DNA of 64,000 bases, from the IMG/VR virus record IMGVR_UViG_3300037400_004847, one strand, 5' to 3'. Source of the stretch: an uncultured virus (IMG/VR IMGVR_UViG_3300037400_004847) (taxonomy: Duplodnaviria > Heunggongvirae > Uroviricota > Caudoviricetes). Below, in pieces: positions 24,653-34,361 of the stretch; positions within the stretch are counted from its first letter, which is position 1, and every line of letters starts with the position of its first letter. The translations under genes and the position numbers were made by a program. Below the pieces are notes generated by a model. The model had not been told where the DNA came from and searched no databases. It was given only the letters and a program-made list of their open reading frames with translations.

Positions 24653-26098
24653 TTACAAATTCATTTTATAATTAAGAAAATTCTGTAAATCTTTTGACGT
24701 AAATGTATAATAGCCTCCGTTCTTATATCTCCCAAGAACCTTTACATAATTAACAAACTCATCGTTATAAAGACACTTTATGCAATCAAGCATAGTATAT
24801 CTATCCTCGTCTAATAGTATATAAAAACCGCTATATACTCCATAAGTATGAAACAATGCATTAAATTTAATATCCTCTTTTGTCCTTATGAGGTTATTGA
24901 TGGCATATCTATTTCCTTTTCCATAGTCATTAATTGCCTGTGACCTTCCATATAGCCACCATTCACCTTTCATCTTACCGTTTTCTTCCATGTGGAGTTG
25001 TTTCGCACGTTTCAGAAGATATTTCTTTGTTACGTCTGACAGTTCTTCAAACTTAAACGGTTTATTACCATTTTTCCTATCGTATGGAAAAACCATCCAT
25101 TTTTCTTCACCGGTTGATGCCTTAATTGCCGGAATTATATCTTTAACTCCGAACCTTGGGTCATTTTCTTGTATATCTTCATCGATGACGAACAATTTAT
25201 CATTGAGTGTTGCAAAACCGTTTTTTACTTTCACTAAATTCTCATAGTCATGTTTTTCTATTTCCTTTATAAGTCTGATTGATTCAACATCATCATCAAA
25301 ATAGAATGAATCACCTACGGTAAATAAGTGAAGAGGTCTTGTTGCGATATAATCAATACAATTATTTTCAGAATCGTACTTATATAATGTTATTTCATGT
25401 TCATCATCGATGTCTTTTATTTTCTCGATAACGGTAACGATTGTGAATGTAGTTGCATCCGGAAACACTTTCTCATGACCTAATGTAATTACTTCACTAA
25501 GTTTATCATTTTCGATAAGATATTTTCTGAATGGTTTTCCGGCGATGCTTGTTGTCCATGAACTTGGTGTAATATAGATTAATTTTCCTGCATCATTAAG
25601 CATGTTTATACCAATTTCAAAGAATACAAGATACAAATCTGCCATACCACCTTGTGCAAATGAGAATTTCTTTATTGTATCATATTTGTCACCGAAATCA
25701 TGAACATTGCAATACGGTGGATTACCAACGACATAATCCATTTTACCGTTGTATTCATCTATTTCAAGTGCATCACCATGTTTAATATCCCACTCCACAT
25801 TTTCCAAATCATATTTAAGTCCGACACGGTTAAGATTAACGATTGTTAAACCCCAACAAACCTCATCTATCTCAATTCCATGTATATATGTTTCAAGTTC
25901 ATGTTTAAGGTTATTTTTAGAGCCGTAGGTTTCAAAAAATACTTTACAGTATCTATCTACTATCTCTACAAGAAAAGCACCTTTTCCACAACTATTATCT
26001 ATAATATGCTTTTGCAGTATTCCGTTGCCAGAATACTGCAATTTATCAAGCATAAGGTTAACCATCCAAGACGGCGTAAATACCTGTTCGTTATGCAT
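24653..26098 (-). CDS. Eco57I/TaqI-like N6-adenine DNA methyltransferase
   Basis: QVFTP, IDNSCGKGAF, HGIEID, VVGNPPY, DLYLVF; start moved to MHNEQ, overlapping the upstream stop. Confidence 0.88.
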   Translation of the reverse strand: MHNEQVFTPSWMVNLMLDKLQYSGNGILQKHIIDNSCGKGAFLVEIVDRYCKVFFETYGSKNNLKHELETYIHGIEIDEVCWGLTIVNLNRVGLKYDLENVEWDIKHGDALEIDEYNGKMDYVVGNPPYCNVHDFGDKYDTIKKFSFAQGGMADLYLVFFEIGINMLNDAGKLIYITPSSWTTSIAGKPFRKYLIENDKLSEVITLGHEKVFPDATTFTIVTVIEKIKDIDDEHEITLYKYDSENNCIDYIATRPLHLFTVGDSFYFDDDVESIRLIKEIEKHDYENLVKVKNGFATLNDKLFVIDEDIQENDPRFGVKDIIPAIKASTGEEKWMVFPYDRKNGNKPFKFEELSDVTKKYLLKRAKQLHMEENGKMKGEWWLYGRSQAINDYGKGNRYAINNLIRTKEDIKFNALFHTYGVYSGFYILLDEDRYTMLDCIKCLYNDEFVNYVKVLGRYKNGGYYTFTSKDLQNFLNYKMNL

Positions 26099-26315
26099 TT
26101 CTCTTCTGTTTAGAATTACGATTACCACGACGACTACCGTTATTACCGGTAGATTCACCACGCTGTCTGCCAAGACGTTCTTGTTCCCTTTCACGGGCGG
26201 CTTTCTCACGCTCAATCTCTGAGGTTGTCTTGAATGTCAAACCCTTCATATTTGCCCACTTTCTGAACTCAGTAGTCTTCTGAATCATCAGTCGCTTAAA
26301 TGTCTTCTTACTCAT
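26091..26315 (-). CDS. Small basic hypothetical protein
   Basis: 74 aa, Arg/Gly/Asn-rich tail; directly downstream of Ro60. Confidence 0.65.
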   Translation of the reverse strand: MSKKTFKRLMIQKTTEFRKWANMKGLTFKTTSEIEREKAAREREQERLGRQRGESTGNNGSRRGNRNSKQKRNA

Positions 26316-26440
26316 AAATTTGGTCTTTAATTTATATTAATGAATTGAAAAAATATTTTTAAAAAGAACCGATGAACATTCCAGATAAAACCACAATATT
26401 CATCGGAAACACACACAAAGAATAACACAAGTTAGACCAT

Positions 26441-28108
26441 TTAAATTTCAATAGCCTCAATCTCCTTAATCATTGCATCAAAACCTTTACAGTTAGATGT
26501 GATGAGGTCAAAAATCTTATCACTCCATCCTGCAATATTCAAAATCCTCTGTGACTTATGGAACACTGAGTTACCCTTAACTTGTCTGATATTGCAAACT
26601 ACAAAATTGCACATTGGGTTAATCTTTTTGAATTCCTTGAAAAGTTCTTGGAATCCTGCGCTATGTTCACTGCCACTATTATGTCCATACCAAGAAGTCT
26701 GTGCGCCATCACCAATCTGACAGTCAGAGAAAACAATTACGTTATCAACCTTCTTCTTTTCCTTAATACACTGACGGAGAAATTCATAAATACCAGCTTC
26801 AGTAGCACCTCCACACTTTGCACCCTCCTGATATGACCACTTATTAAAATCAAGCATTCTCTTTGAACGGTCAACCCTCACAGGAATAAGCCTATCACCA
26901 AAAAGACCGACATACACATCTTTCTGCTTCCATGCAAACATACTGCCGAACAAATGTCCAATCATTGAACTATTTGTATTAGAGAAAGCAGATACACGTG
27001 AAGAGCCACCGGCATCACCCCTCATCGAACCAGAGTCATCAATAAGAATTGCAGTATTACCTTCCAAGTCAGGAATATTCTCACATGAATATTCAAGTGC
27101 CTTCTCAATTGCATCAAGCACCTTTGTCTTGATACTATTAAACTCATCACGGCTTACCGTTACAGAGTCAATGTCACTCTCAAAAGCAATCGATGTGGAT
27201 GGAGTCTTACCGTTATAAGACATCTTTTCAATTTCCTCATATGCAGTAGCAAACCGGAAAGGAAGAAGTCTTGAATTGAGAACTTTCTGCTTGGTTGTCA
27301 ACTGTTCGATTGCATCATCAACACGGTTAGGTGCATATAGAATTATATTTCGCAAATTACGAAGCAGATTGAAGATAGGCATACCCTTCACATTGTCAAG
27401 AACCGCAGAAATTGCTTCCTGCTTTGCCTCACGCTTCTCTTCAGTAGTCTTTGCTGTCTGTCCTGCCTTAGACATTTCCTTTTCAAGAACCTTGCTTTCA
27501 TAAAGACCTGCAAGTGACTCACCGTTCATAAGACGCTTGTAAGCCTCCTCGTTCTTCTGTGTTGGAGTTGGGTGCAACAGATTTACAAGGTCAATGAGTT
27601 TCACCTGACGGCTGTTCATCTTGTACTTATCAATCTGATATGCATCAAGACGTTCAAGAGCCTCCTTAAAACCTTTCTTAATTGCATTAGGAATCTTACG
27701 AAGAGACTTATTTGTCAATTCCATTTCGTTAAGATTTCCGTAACAGGAAAGAATCTCAGACATGTCATCAGGACGTACAACAATCTTATTATAGAACCTC
27801 TTTGCCCACTCTGTACCGGCAGCACTACGAACAATGTATGCTGCAATCAGATGTGTTACTGAACGCATATTACCGTCATTACGCGCATAAATAGCCAACT
27901 TAGCAGCAAACAATGGGTCAACCTTATCAAGTTTGTCAATGATACGGTTCACAATCTCACGTTCCTTCTCATAATATGAGTCATGTAGGAATGTGGTCAT
28001 CACTGTGGAAACAAGTTCCTCTTTGTCATTCAACTTGAATGCGGCAGCACCCATTTCGTTAATCTCTGTTGGCTTCACACCTTCCGATTTCTTGTTAAAC
28101 TTACTCAT
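26441..28108 (-). CDS. rsr: Ro60/Rsr ortholog (TROVE plus vWA RNA-binding protein)
   Basis: NEMGAAAF, AIYARNDGNMRS, RPDDMSE, YQIDKY, LVNLLHP, MPIFNLLRNLRNI, SRLLPFRF, MIDAS DDSGSM, SDCQ, IAGWSD. Confidence 0.92.
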   Translation of the reverse strand: MSKFNKKSEGVKPTEINEMGAAAFKLNDKEELVSTVMTTFLHDSYYEKEREIVNRIIDKLDKVDPLFAAKLAIYARNDGNMRSVTHLIAAYIVRSAAGTEWAKRFYNKIVVRPDDMSEILSCYGNLNEMELTNKSLRKIPNAIKKGFKEALERLDAYQIDKYKMNSRQVKLIDLVNLLHPTPTQKNEEAYKRLMNGESLAGLYESKVLEKEMSKAGQTAKTTEEKREAKQEAISAVLDNVKGMPIFNLLRNLRNIILYAPNRVDDAIEQLTTKQKVLNSRLLPFRFATAYEEIEKMSYNGKTPSTSIAFESDIDSVTVSRDEFNSIKTKVLDAIEKALEYSCENIPDLEGNTAILIDDSGSMRGDAGGSSRVSAFSNTNSSMIGHLFGSMFAWKQKDVYVGLFGDRLIPVRVDRSKRMLDFNKWSYQEGAKCGGATEAGIYEFLRQCIKEKKKVDNVIVFSDCQIGDGAQTSWYGHNSGSEHSAGFQELFKEFKKINPMCNFVVCNIRQVKGNSVFHKSQRILNIAGWSDKIFDLITSNCKGFDAMIKEIEAIEI

Positions 28109-28165
28109 TTTCTCACTATTTAATTTGTTATTATTAAAAGAATTTTTTTATTCTATGTTTAAAAA

Positions 28166-28283
28166 AGAAAGACTAATTAGGGTGGCGTTGCACTTTCCTT
28201 ACTTGCCTCACAGACAACCCTTTTCACAAATGTACCTTGTGTGTCAAACTCCTGCACTTACCCTTAGACGAGGTTATCTTTCT
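28166..28283 (-). ncRNA. Structured RNA between promoter and Ro60 gene
   Basis: AGAAAGAUAA/UUAGUCUUUCU terminal stem, AGGGU/ACCCU, CACA/UGUG; GC-elevated. Confidence 0.5.
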
Positions 28284-28292
28284 ATTTTCGTT

Positions 28293-28326
28293 TGCAAAGG
28301 TACTATAAAAAATTGAAAGTACCAAA
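28293..28326 (-). promoter_or_regulatory. Bacteroidetes primary-sigma promoter (Ro60 unit)
   Basis: TTTGGTACTTTCAA ... TAGTACCTTTGCA. Confidence 0.8.
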
Positions 28327-28349
28327 TATTTTTTGTTAAAAATTGTAAA

Positions 28350-28844
28350 TTATTTCAAATCAAATTTATATCTTCTATATTTTCGTCCTGTTATATATTC
28401 AACCATTTCCACATAAGATTTATAGTGTTTCGGGAATCTTTCCTTTGCTTTTCCACACCTTACCTCAATATCAATCCATTGTCTTCCATGTTCCTCCGCA
28501 TCCAATATTGCGCACAATTTTGGTTTAATTTCGGGTCTACTACTCTCTACGAAATCACGGATTGAATTCTTTATATAGTTTATATTTTTATAGAAAACGT
28601 CAATACAGTCATTGAAACCTATTTTTTCAATATTTTCCTTAATTGGTTTGAATTTCCTATAATATTCGGGTAATAATTCACCAAAGTTATCTAACATTTC
28701 GTTATAATGTAATTGATAATAACGGTAATCATTACTTTCTTGTTCATTATAGAATAAATCATATCTCATAAGAGCCAGTGCCTCAATATCTTTATCAGGA
28801 AGACCCTTTAACTTTTCCCAAAGAACAAAATCAAACCTTATCAT
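28350..28844 (-). CDS. Hypothetical protein
   Basis: 164 aa, in an overlapping gene run. Confidence 0.65.
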   Translation of the reverse strand: MIRFDFVLWEKLKGLPDKDIEALALMRYDLFYNEQESNDYRYYQLHYNEMLDNFGELLPEYYRKFKPIKENIEKIGFNDCIDVFYKNINYIKNSIRDFVESSRPEIKPKLCAILDAEEHGRQWIDIEVRCGKAKERFPKHYKSYVEMVEYITGRKYRRYKFDLK

Positions 28845-29190
28845 ATAAATTCTTATTAATTGTATTTGTCAATTTTTCTGTTATTATTGGTTCTATGCTT
28901 GAATCAAAATAACCAATGTGGTTAATGACATCAAAAAATGAAAGAAAATCATGTGTATAAGCAATTTTAGAAACATCTACCAAATTACCATTTTTCAAAT
29001 GAATAGTAGCATATTTATTTTCTTTCAATATATCTAATAGTCTTTGTAGCCATACAATCTGTGTTTCTTCAAATGGGTCATTAACATTACATTTCTCAAA
29101 ACCTTTAAATAAATTTGTTCTATAATAATCATTAATTGCTCTTTGAGCAGATTCCACCATTTCCTCAAAGTTACGATATCTTGTTACCAT
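28831..29190 (-). CDS. Hypothetical protein
   Basis: 119 aa. Confidence 0.6.
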   Translation of the reverse strand: MVTRYRNFEEMVESAQRAINDYYRTNLFKGFEKCNVNDPFEETQIVWLQRLLDILKENKYATIHLKNGNLVDVSKIAYTHDFLSFFDVINHIGYFDSSIEPIITEKLTNTINKNLYDKV

Positions 29191-29554
29191 CCAAATTCCA
29201 AATTTTTACATTCATCATTCCATTTTTATCTCTTTCTACATCAGGGTCTCCAAACATATACAATTCAGCTTCTTCTTCATCCATTTCAAGCCATTCTTTA
29301 TACTTACCATACAAAGTATTCTTTTCGGTTGTGTCTTGTTTATATGTTAAATCACCATCAAGATAATTAAATAAAATATTTGGCGAACCTTTTGGGTCTT
29401 CAGGATTCCATTCCTTAGAGAATATGACCATTTGAATAGATTCATCACTATACCACTTTAAAAATGTACGTGCCTTATCCTCATACGTTGTTATATACAT
29501 TGGGATAAATTCCTCGATTTCATCATAAGGTCTTGCTACAATATATAATTTCAT
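29171..29554 (-). CDS. Hypothetical protein
   Basis: 127 aa. Confidence 0.65.
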   Translation of the reverse strand: MKLYIVARPYDEIEEFIPMYITTYEDKARTFLKWYSDESIQMVIFSKEWNPEDPKGSPNILFNYLDGDLTYKQDTTEKNTLYGKYKEWLEMDEEEAELYMFGDPDVERDKNGMMNVKIWNLDGNKIS

Positions 29555-29576
29555 TTGTCTTACAAATCTTTTTATA

Positions 29577-29972
29577 TTATTTATTATTAATAGAATTTAA
29601 AGCGATTTCTTTCTCTTCATCAGAATAAAAAGCCGATTTATTATTATCAGGAGCCATATTTATTATTCCTTTATCCCAACGTTTAATTTTTTCTTCCCAT
29701 GCTTCTAATTCGGTATAATCATCGTTAATATTATCAGAATGCAACAGCCACCAAAGATTTTCCATTGCAATTTTCCGGAGAATATCATGGTTTTTCTTAA
29801 AAACCTGGCTGAATACATTATTTTTGTAATCATTCCCTTCGCCTCTTTCTACTGGGTCAATGCATATCCATCCCCATGCGTTAGAAATAGTGCCAAACAG
29901 TTTTTTACCGTCATATACTTGGATTTTCCGTTTACCGTATGTCTTGTAAAGTTTCTTGATTGTATAACACAT
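29577..29972 (-). CDS. Hypothetical protein
   Basis: 131 aa. Confidence 0.65.
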   Translation of the reverse strand: MCYTIKKLYKTYGKRKIQVYDGKKLFGTISNAWGWICIDPVERGEGNDYKNNVFSQVFKKNHDILRKIAMENLWWLLHSDNINDDYTELEAWEEKIKRWDKGIINMAPDNNKSAFYSDEEKEIALNSINNK

Positions 29973-29982
29973 ATCTTAATAT

Positions 29983-30288
29983 TTAATTTTTTCCAAATCT
30001 GACAGATACTATGTCTTTTCTTTTTATAGTAATGTATTCATTTTCAATATTATAATGCCAATTAAAATGACCGTCATCAACATAACGTTTTCTTTCAATC
30101 ACCAAATCAACAGTATTACCATTGAATTTATAAGAAAGAATTCTTTCTCCAATATAGTCATTTAATAACCTCTTTGAATAGCGTAAATTATTTTCATAAT
30201 CAGACCACTTTGTTTTTTGACGGCAAAGGTAAATTTGCTTAGTATCACCAAGCCTACTTTTCCAATTATTCCAAAATTTCTTTGTCAT
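29983..30288 (-). CDS. Hypothetical protein
   Basis: 101 aa. Confidence 0.65.
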   Translation of the reverse strand: MTKKFWNNWKSRLGDTKQIYLCRQKTKWSDYENNLRYSKRLLNDYIGERILSYKFNGNTVDLVIERKRYVDDGHFNWHYNIENEYITIKRKDIVSVRFGKN

Positions 30289-30294
30289 ATAATA

Positions 30295-31122
30295 CTAGTT
30301 TTTTATATATAAACTTTCAAAAACCATTGCTTTGTTATCACTTTGTTTAATTCTCTTAAATGAACTGTTTCCGCTCTTAATATATACATGTTTTGAGTAT
30401 AATTCCTTTGGCACATCAAATGTATTATCATCATTACCACTTTTACCATCATAACTCAATACCCAATCAGCCCTTAACGTTTTTAGCCATTTGAAAAATG
30501 CTTTATTGTCAAATTCGTCTGAATACATTCCGTTTGTATTTGCATATGGCGGGTCAAGATAGACAAAATCCCATTCAATCGGTATGATATATGAATAATC
30601 ACATGTGACAAACGTAACGTCGTTCTTTTTCAGAAGTTCTGACCAATTTTCAATTATCCTACTTAACTTATTTGGTTCAATACCAGGCCGGTTAAGATGG
30701 AACGGACTATTGAACTCTCCGTATGAATTATATCTTATCAGACCGTTGAAACATGTTCTGTTAAGGAACAAGAAATGCGCAGGATGCCTATTAACGTTAA
30801 ACACCGTTCTTATTCTGTTATAAAAAGCTTTCTGTCTTGCGATATCCTTATCCTTATTAAGTTCCTTCCACAACCGTTCATATTCACAAGAAAGAACATA
30901 TGGGTCGTTCTTTATGTATTTCCAAAGGTTGATTAAATCTGAATTACTGTCAGAACAAATAAAGTCATTAACCTTTATATCTGAGGTCATTAATGCATAA
31001 AGCATACTTGCTCCACCGCAAAATGGTTCAAAATATGTATCAATTTCCTTCGGGAAATACTTAATAATCTCACTTGATTGGCTTCTCTTACTGCCACTCC
31101 ACTTTATTACCGGTTGAAACAT
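30295..31122 (-). CDS. DNA adenine methyltransferase (Dam class)
   Basis: IKWSGSK, YFEPFCGG, FLNRTCFNGLIRYNS.GEFN.PF, YLDPPY. Confidence 0.92.
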   Translation of the reverse strand: MFQPVIKWSGSKRSQSSEIIKYFPKEIDTYFEPFCGGASMLYALMTSDIKVNDFICSDSNSDLINLWKYIKNDPYVLSCEYERLWKELNKDKDIARQKAFYNRIRTVFNVNRHPAHFLFLNRTCFNGLIRYNSYGEFNSPFHLNRPGIEPNKLSRIIENWSELLKKNDVTFVTCDYSYIIPIEWDFVYLDPPYANTNGMYSDEFDNKAFFKWLKTLRADWVLSYDGKSGNDDNTFDVPKELYSKHVYIKSGNSSFKRIKQSDNKAMVFESLYIKN

Positions 31123-31367
31123 AATCCTAATTTATTTTTATAAAATGAAAACATCCCAAACGTGTCTTTATAATACTCATCAGCTAATTTTAATTTACTC
31201 CACGTGTAATGTTTTAAAGTAACACCTGTTTTTATAAAACCAGATAATATAAAACTATCAGTAGCATCTTGGCCTATTACATCAATTAATTCATTAAGAT
31301 AACCGTTTTTTACACGGCAAACATATCCTAAGTTTCTCTTTAAATTTTCAATAACGGTATGTTTCAT
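31107..31367 (-). CDS. Hypothetical protein
   Basis: 86 aa. Confidence 0.6.
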   Translation of the reverse strand: MKHTVIENLKRNLGYVCRVKNGYLNELIDVIGQDATDSFILSGFIKTGVTLKHYTWSKLKLADEYYKDTFGMFSFYKNKLGLCFNR

Positions 31368-31464
31368 TTATTTAAAACTAATTTGTTCATTATGTCATGT
31401 GTCCAATCTTCAAACACATTCCATTCTTTTAAGCCTAATATATACTTATTTTCATTCAACATAT

Positions 31465-31498
31465 TGCAAATGTACTAATTTATATTAAATATAACAAA
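31465..31498 (-). promoter_or_regulatory. Bacteroidetes primary-sigma promoter
   Basis: TTTG ... TAGTACATTTGCA. Confidence 0.7.
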
Positions 31499-31566
31499 TA
31501 AAAACCACTAAATATTGTTAAAGTTTGGTTTTTATATCATATTTATAGTTAAAATTAATAAATAAA

Positions 31567-31980
31567 ATGGAAATAACACAATTAAGTGATATCATATTCA
31601 AATTGTATCTGTATGCTGACGCTACAAAAATGATACATTATTCTACAGAAAGTAACCATGCACATGAAATGTGTGATAAAATCAGGAATACAATTGTTGA
31701 TTTCGCTGATGAATTGGCTGAACAGTCATTTGGTTACTATGGGAAACCATCATACACACAACTTACCAAGTTAAACAAACTTGAGATAAATGAAACTGAT
31801 GACCTTGGTGAACTTTGCGCAAGAGCCTCCGAAATTGTTGATATTGTGAGAACTGAGTTTAGTAAAATCGATAAATTATCAGGAGTTGTGTCAGCAATTG
31901 ATGATTACAAAGGTGCAATGCAGAAGAATATGTTTCTTTGTTCATTTGATAAAGTGTCAAACTATAAACAAAATAACTAA
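31567..31980 (+). CDS. Ferritin/Dps-like four-helix protein
   Basis: KMIHY..HAHEMCD..DELAEQ pattern. Confidence 0.6.
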   Translation: MEITQLSDIIFKLYLYADATKMIHYSTESNHAHEMCDKIRNTIVDFADELAEQSFGYYGKPSYTQLTKLNKLEINETDDLGELCARASEIVDIVRTEFSKIDKLSGVVSAIDDYKGAMQKNMFLCSFDKVSNYKQNN

Positions 31981-32003
31981 ATAAGATATAAAAGGTAAAT
32001 AAA

Positions 32004-32135
32004 ATGGGATGTAACTGCGGAAAAAAGAAATTATCTACTCAACCTAAAAAAATAATTAAAACGCCATCACATACGGTTGTTACAAACGGACAGAATACGG
32101 CAACACGAAGATTCATAAGAAGAGCCTCAAAATAA
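32004..32135 (+). CDS. Small basic protein MGCNCGKKK... (43 aa)
   Basis: Manual translation; ends in a terminator hairpin. Confidence 0.55.
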   Translation: MGCNCGKKKLSTQPKKIIKTPSHTVVTNGQNTATRRFIRRASK

Positions 32136-32147
32136 AATGAGGCTCTT
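32120..32147. terminator. Bidirectional hairpin
   Basis: aagagcctca/tgaggctctt between convergent units. Confidence 0.6.
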
Positions 32148-32322
32148 AATTTTATTGTTATTTTTATGTCTTTGATGCCATTTTATAGCTTCATCTTTAA
32201 TTTTATCAATTTCTTGTTTCATATGATTAAGCATCGCATCACTGAATGATGGTCTATTATTTAATGAATTTTCATATAAATCATTTATAATTTCTTCTGC
32301 GTCCATTTTTAATTCTATTTTA

Positions 32323-33018
32323 TTATACAGTATTTCTTACTACTACTGAATCTACAAAACCATTTTCGATTGCTTCTTTTACTGTCATAAAATTATCTCT
32401 ATCAGCCATTTTTTCGATTTTCTCATATGTCAATCCGCTATTTTCGGATAATGTCTCATACAATTCTTTCTTAAGTTTATTAATCTCATTCGATTGTATT
32501 TCAATATCTGAAGCTTGTACCATTTGACCAAGACTTGAAAGTGGTTGATGTATCATAAACCTTGAATGGGGCAACGCATATCTTTTGCCCTTTACACCAC
32601 TACTTGAAATCACAGCACCCATTGACGCTGCAAGTCCAACAATCGTAGTAGATACATCAGGTCTAATGAAATTCATACAATCGACTATACCATAGCCACT
32701 ATATACGCTCCCACCAGGAGTATTAATAAAAAGTTGAATGTCTGTATTTCCTTGTTGCTCAAGCCAAAGCATCTGTGCCGTAATAATATTTGCAACATCG
32801 TCATTAATCTGTGTACCAAGAAATATAATCCTATCCATTAAAAGCCTACTGAACACATCAATAGACGTAACATTTAATTGACGTTCTTCTACTACACTTG
32901 GATTAATATAACTCGACTTAAAGTTATACTTCTGATACTCATCGAATGTATTACCACTAGTCCCTTGACTTATTGCAAACTGTCTTAAATCTCTTATATC
33001 ATTATTCATTATTTTCAA
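32323..33018 (-). CDS. clpP: ATP-dependent Clp protease proteolytic subunit
   Basis: DVFSRLLMDRIIFLG, INTPGGSV, GLAASMGA, RFMIHQP, DRDNFM. Confidence 0.95.
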   Translation of the reverse strand: MKIMNNDIRDLRQFAISQGTSGNTFDEYQKYNFKSSYINPSVVEERQLNVTSIDVFSRLLMDRIIFLGTQINDDVANIITAQMLWLEQQGNTDIQLFINTPGGSVYSGYGIVDCMNFIRPDVSTTIVGLAASMGAVISSSGVKGKRYALPHSRFMIHQPLSSLGQMVQASDIEIQSNEINKLKKELYETLSENSGLTYEKIEKMADRDNFMTVKEAIENGFVDSVVVRNTV

Positions 33019-33748
33019 TAGTCTTATTAATTCTATTTTTCATTATATTAAAATAATTCTCATCAAGTTCAATACCAATAAAACTTCTATCAGTATTCAC
33101 GCAAGCAATTCCAGTACTTCCACTACCAGCACAAAAATCAAGTACAGTACCATTTTTAGGACAATATGACTTGACAAGAAATTCCATCAATTCAACTGGT
33201 TTCTGTGTGGGATGAACTTGGTCTTGTCTTCTCCATTTCTGTGGAAAATCCAATACTGTTATCGGGTGTCTTGTTCCTTTATTATCAGTCTGTACACCCG
33301 CAATACCGAAACCAAGGTTATTTACCTTATTCGGAGTATATTTGCGTTTATATGGCTTACCGGTGGTCATCTGAGGCTCATAATATGATGCACTATCACC
33401 AAACACAAGAATATTTTCATGTTTTTTCAATGGCATATACTTCGCTGTAAGTGGAGAACCACACTTTGATTTTTTCCAAATCAATTCATATCTGAACTTT
33501 TTCTCATTACTCAAAGCCAATTTACAGGCGAACAAACCGCCACCAAACAATACTACATTACCCTTCGGTCTAACAAGTTTATTAATACAATCCCACATTT
33601 CATTAAATGGAATTACCGAATCGAATTTATTATTATGTATTCCATACGGTATATCACAGATAATTGCATCGACCTTAACATCCATATCAATAAGTCGATG
33701 CATTATCTCTATACAATCACCATTATATAATGAGACGTTACTGTGCAT
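33002..33748 (-). CDS. N4/N6 DNA methyltransferase (beta class)
   Basis: GDC, CDIPY, HPTQKP, LDFCAGSGSTG. Confidence 0.9.
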   Translation of the reverse strand: MHSNVSLYNGDCIEIMHRLIDMDVKVDAIICDIPYGIHNNKFDSVIPFNEMWDCINKLVRPKGNVVLFGGGLFACKLALSNEKKFRYELIWKKSKCGSPLTAKYMPLKKHENILVFGDSASYYEPQMTTGKPYKRKYTPNKVNNLGFGIAGVQTDNKGTRHPITVLDFPQKWRRQDQVHPTQKPVELMEFLVKSYCPKNGTVLDFCAGSGSTGIACVNTDRSFIGIELDENYFNIMKNRINKTIENNE

Positions 33749-34230
33749 TAGTTATTCTTCTGCTTTTTAGAGGCTTTCTCAGCGGCCTTACGAGCCTTTT
33801 CTTCTTCCTTTGCTTGCTGTTTCTCATCTTCTATCTGTTGAATAGCAAGAACACCCATTTCTGAGGCATTAATAAGGTCATCGCCGTACTTCTGACGGCC
33901 ACCAACAGTAACTACAATCTGAGGAACACCAATACCAATCTTATCTTTCTCACTGTCATAAGTAATCATATTCAATGCATCACGAATAAGCAGTTTTTTG
34001 TTCTTCTCATCAAGACGGTCAAAAGCTTCCTCATATACAATAATAGTAACCATATCATCAGGGAGATGCCCAACATACTTCGCAACATCATTAGGCTTGG
34101 CTACCTTGATAACTTCCCTTGACTTTGCAATTCCAATAAGTTTCAACTGCATATAGTTATTCAAACCGGTTTCATCAAACAAATCAATGAACAACTGTTG
34201 ATTCTCTTCTGTTAATTCAAAATGTTTCAT
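33748..34230 (-). CDS. Hypothetical protein
   Basis: 160 aa, TAATG-coupled to the methylase. Confidence 0.7.
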   Translation of the reverse strand: MKHFELTEENQQLFIDLFDETGLNNYMQLKLIGIAKSREVIKVAKPNDVAKYVGHLPDDMVTIIVYEEAFDRLDEKNKKLLIRDALNMITYDSEKDKIGIGVPQIVVTVGGRQKYGDDLINASEMGVLAIQQIEDEKQQAKEEEKARKAAEKASKKQKNN

Positions 34231-34283
34231 TTTCTAATTTAATTTTTTTTTTAATTAATATAAATTTAAGTCTAAATCTCGAT

Positions 34284-34316
34284 TGCAAATATACTTCAAA
34301 TTCTCTTTATCACAAA
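34284..34316 (-). promoter_or_regulatory. Bacteroidetes primary-sigma promoter
   Basis: TTTG ... GTATATTTGCA. Confidence 0.7.
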
Positions 34317-34361
34317 ACACTTTCAGTATATATTTATTATATTAATAAATTTTAACTGTTT

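Noticed and set aside
26099..26215. N-terminal extension of the Eco57I-like methylase in the ORF track
   Set aside because: It overlaps the upstream 74 aa gene; the MHNEQVFTP start is more plausible.
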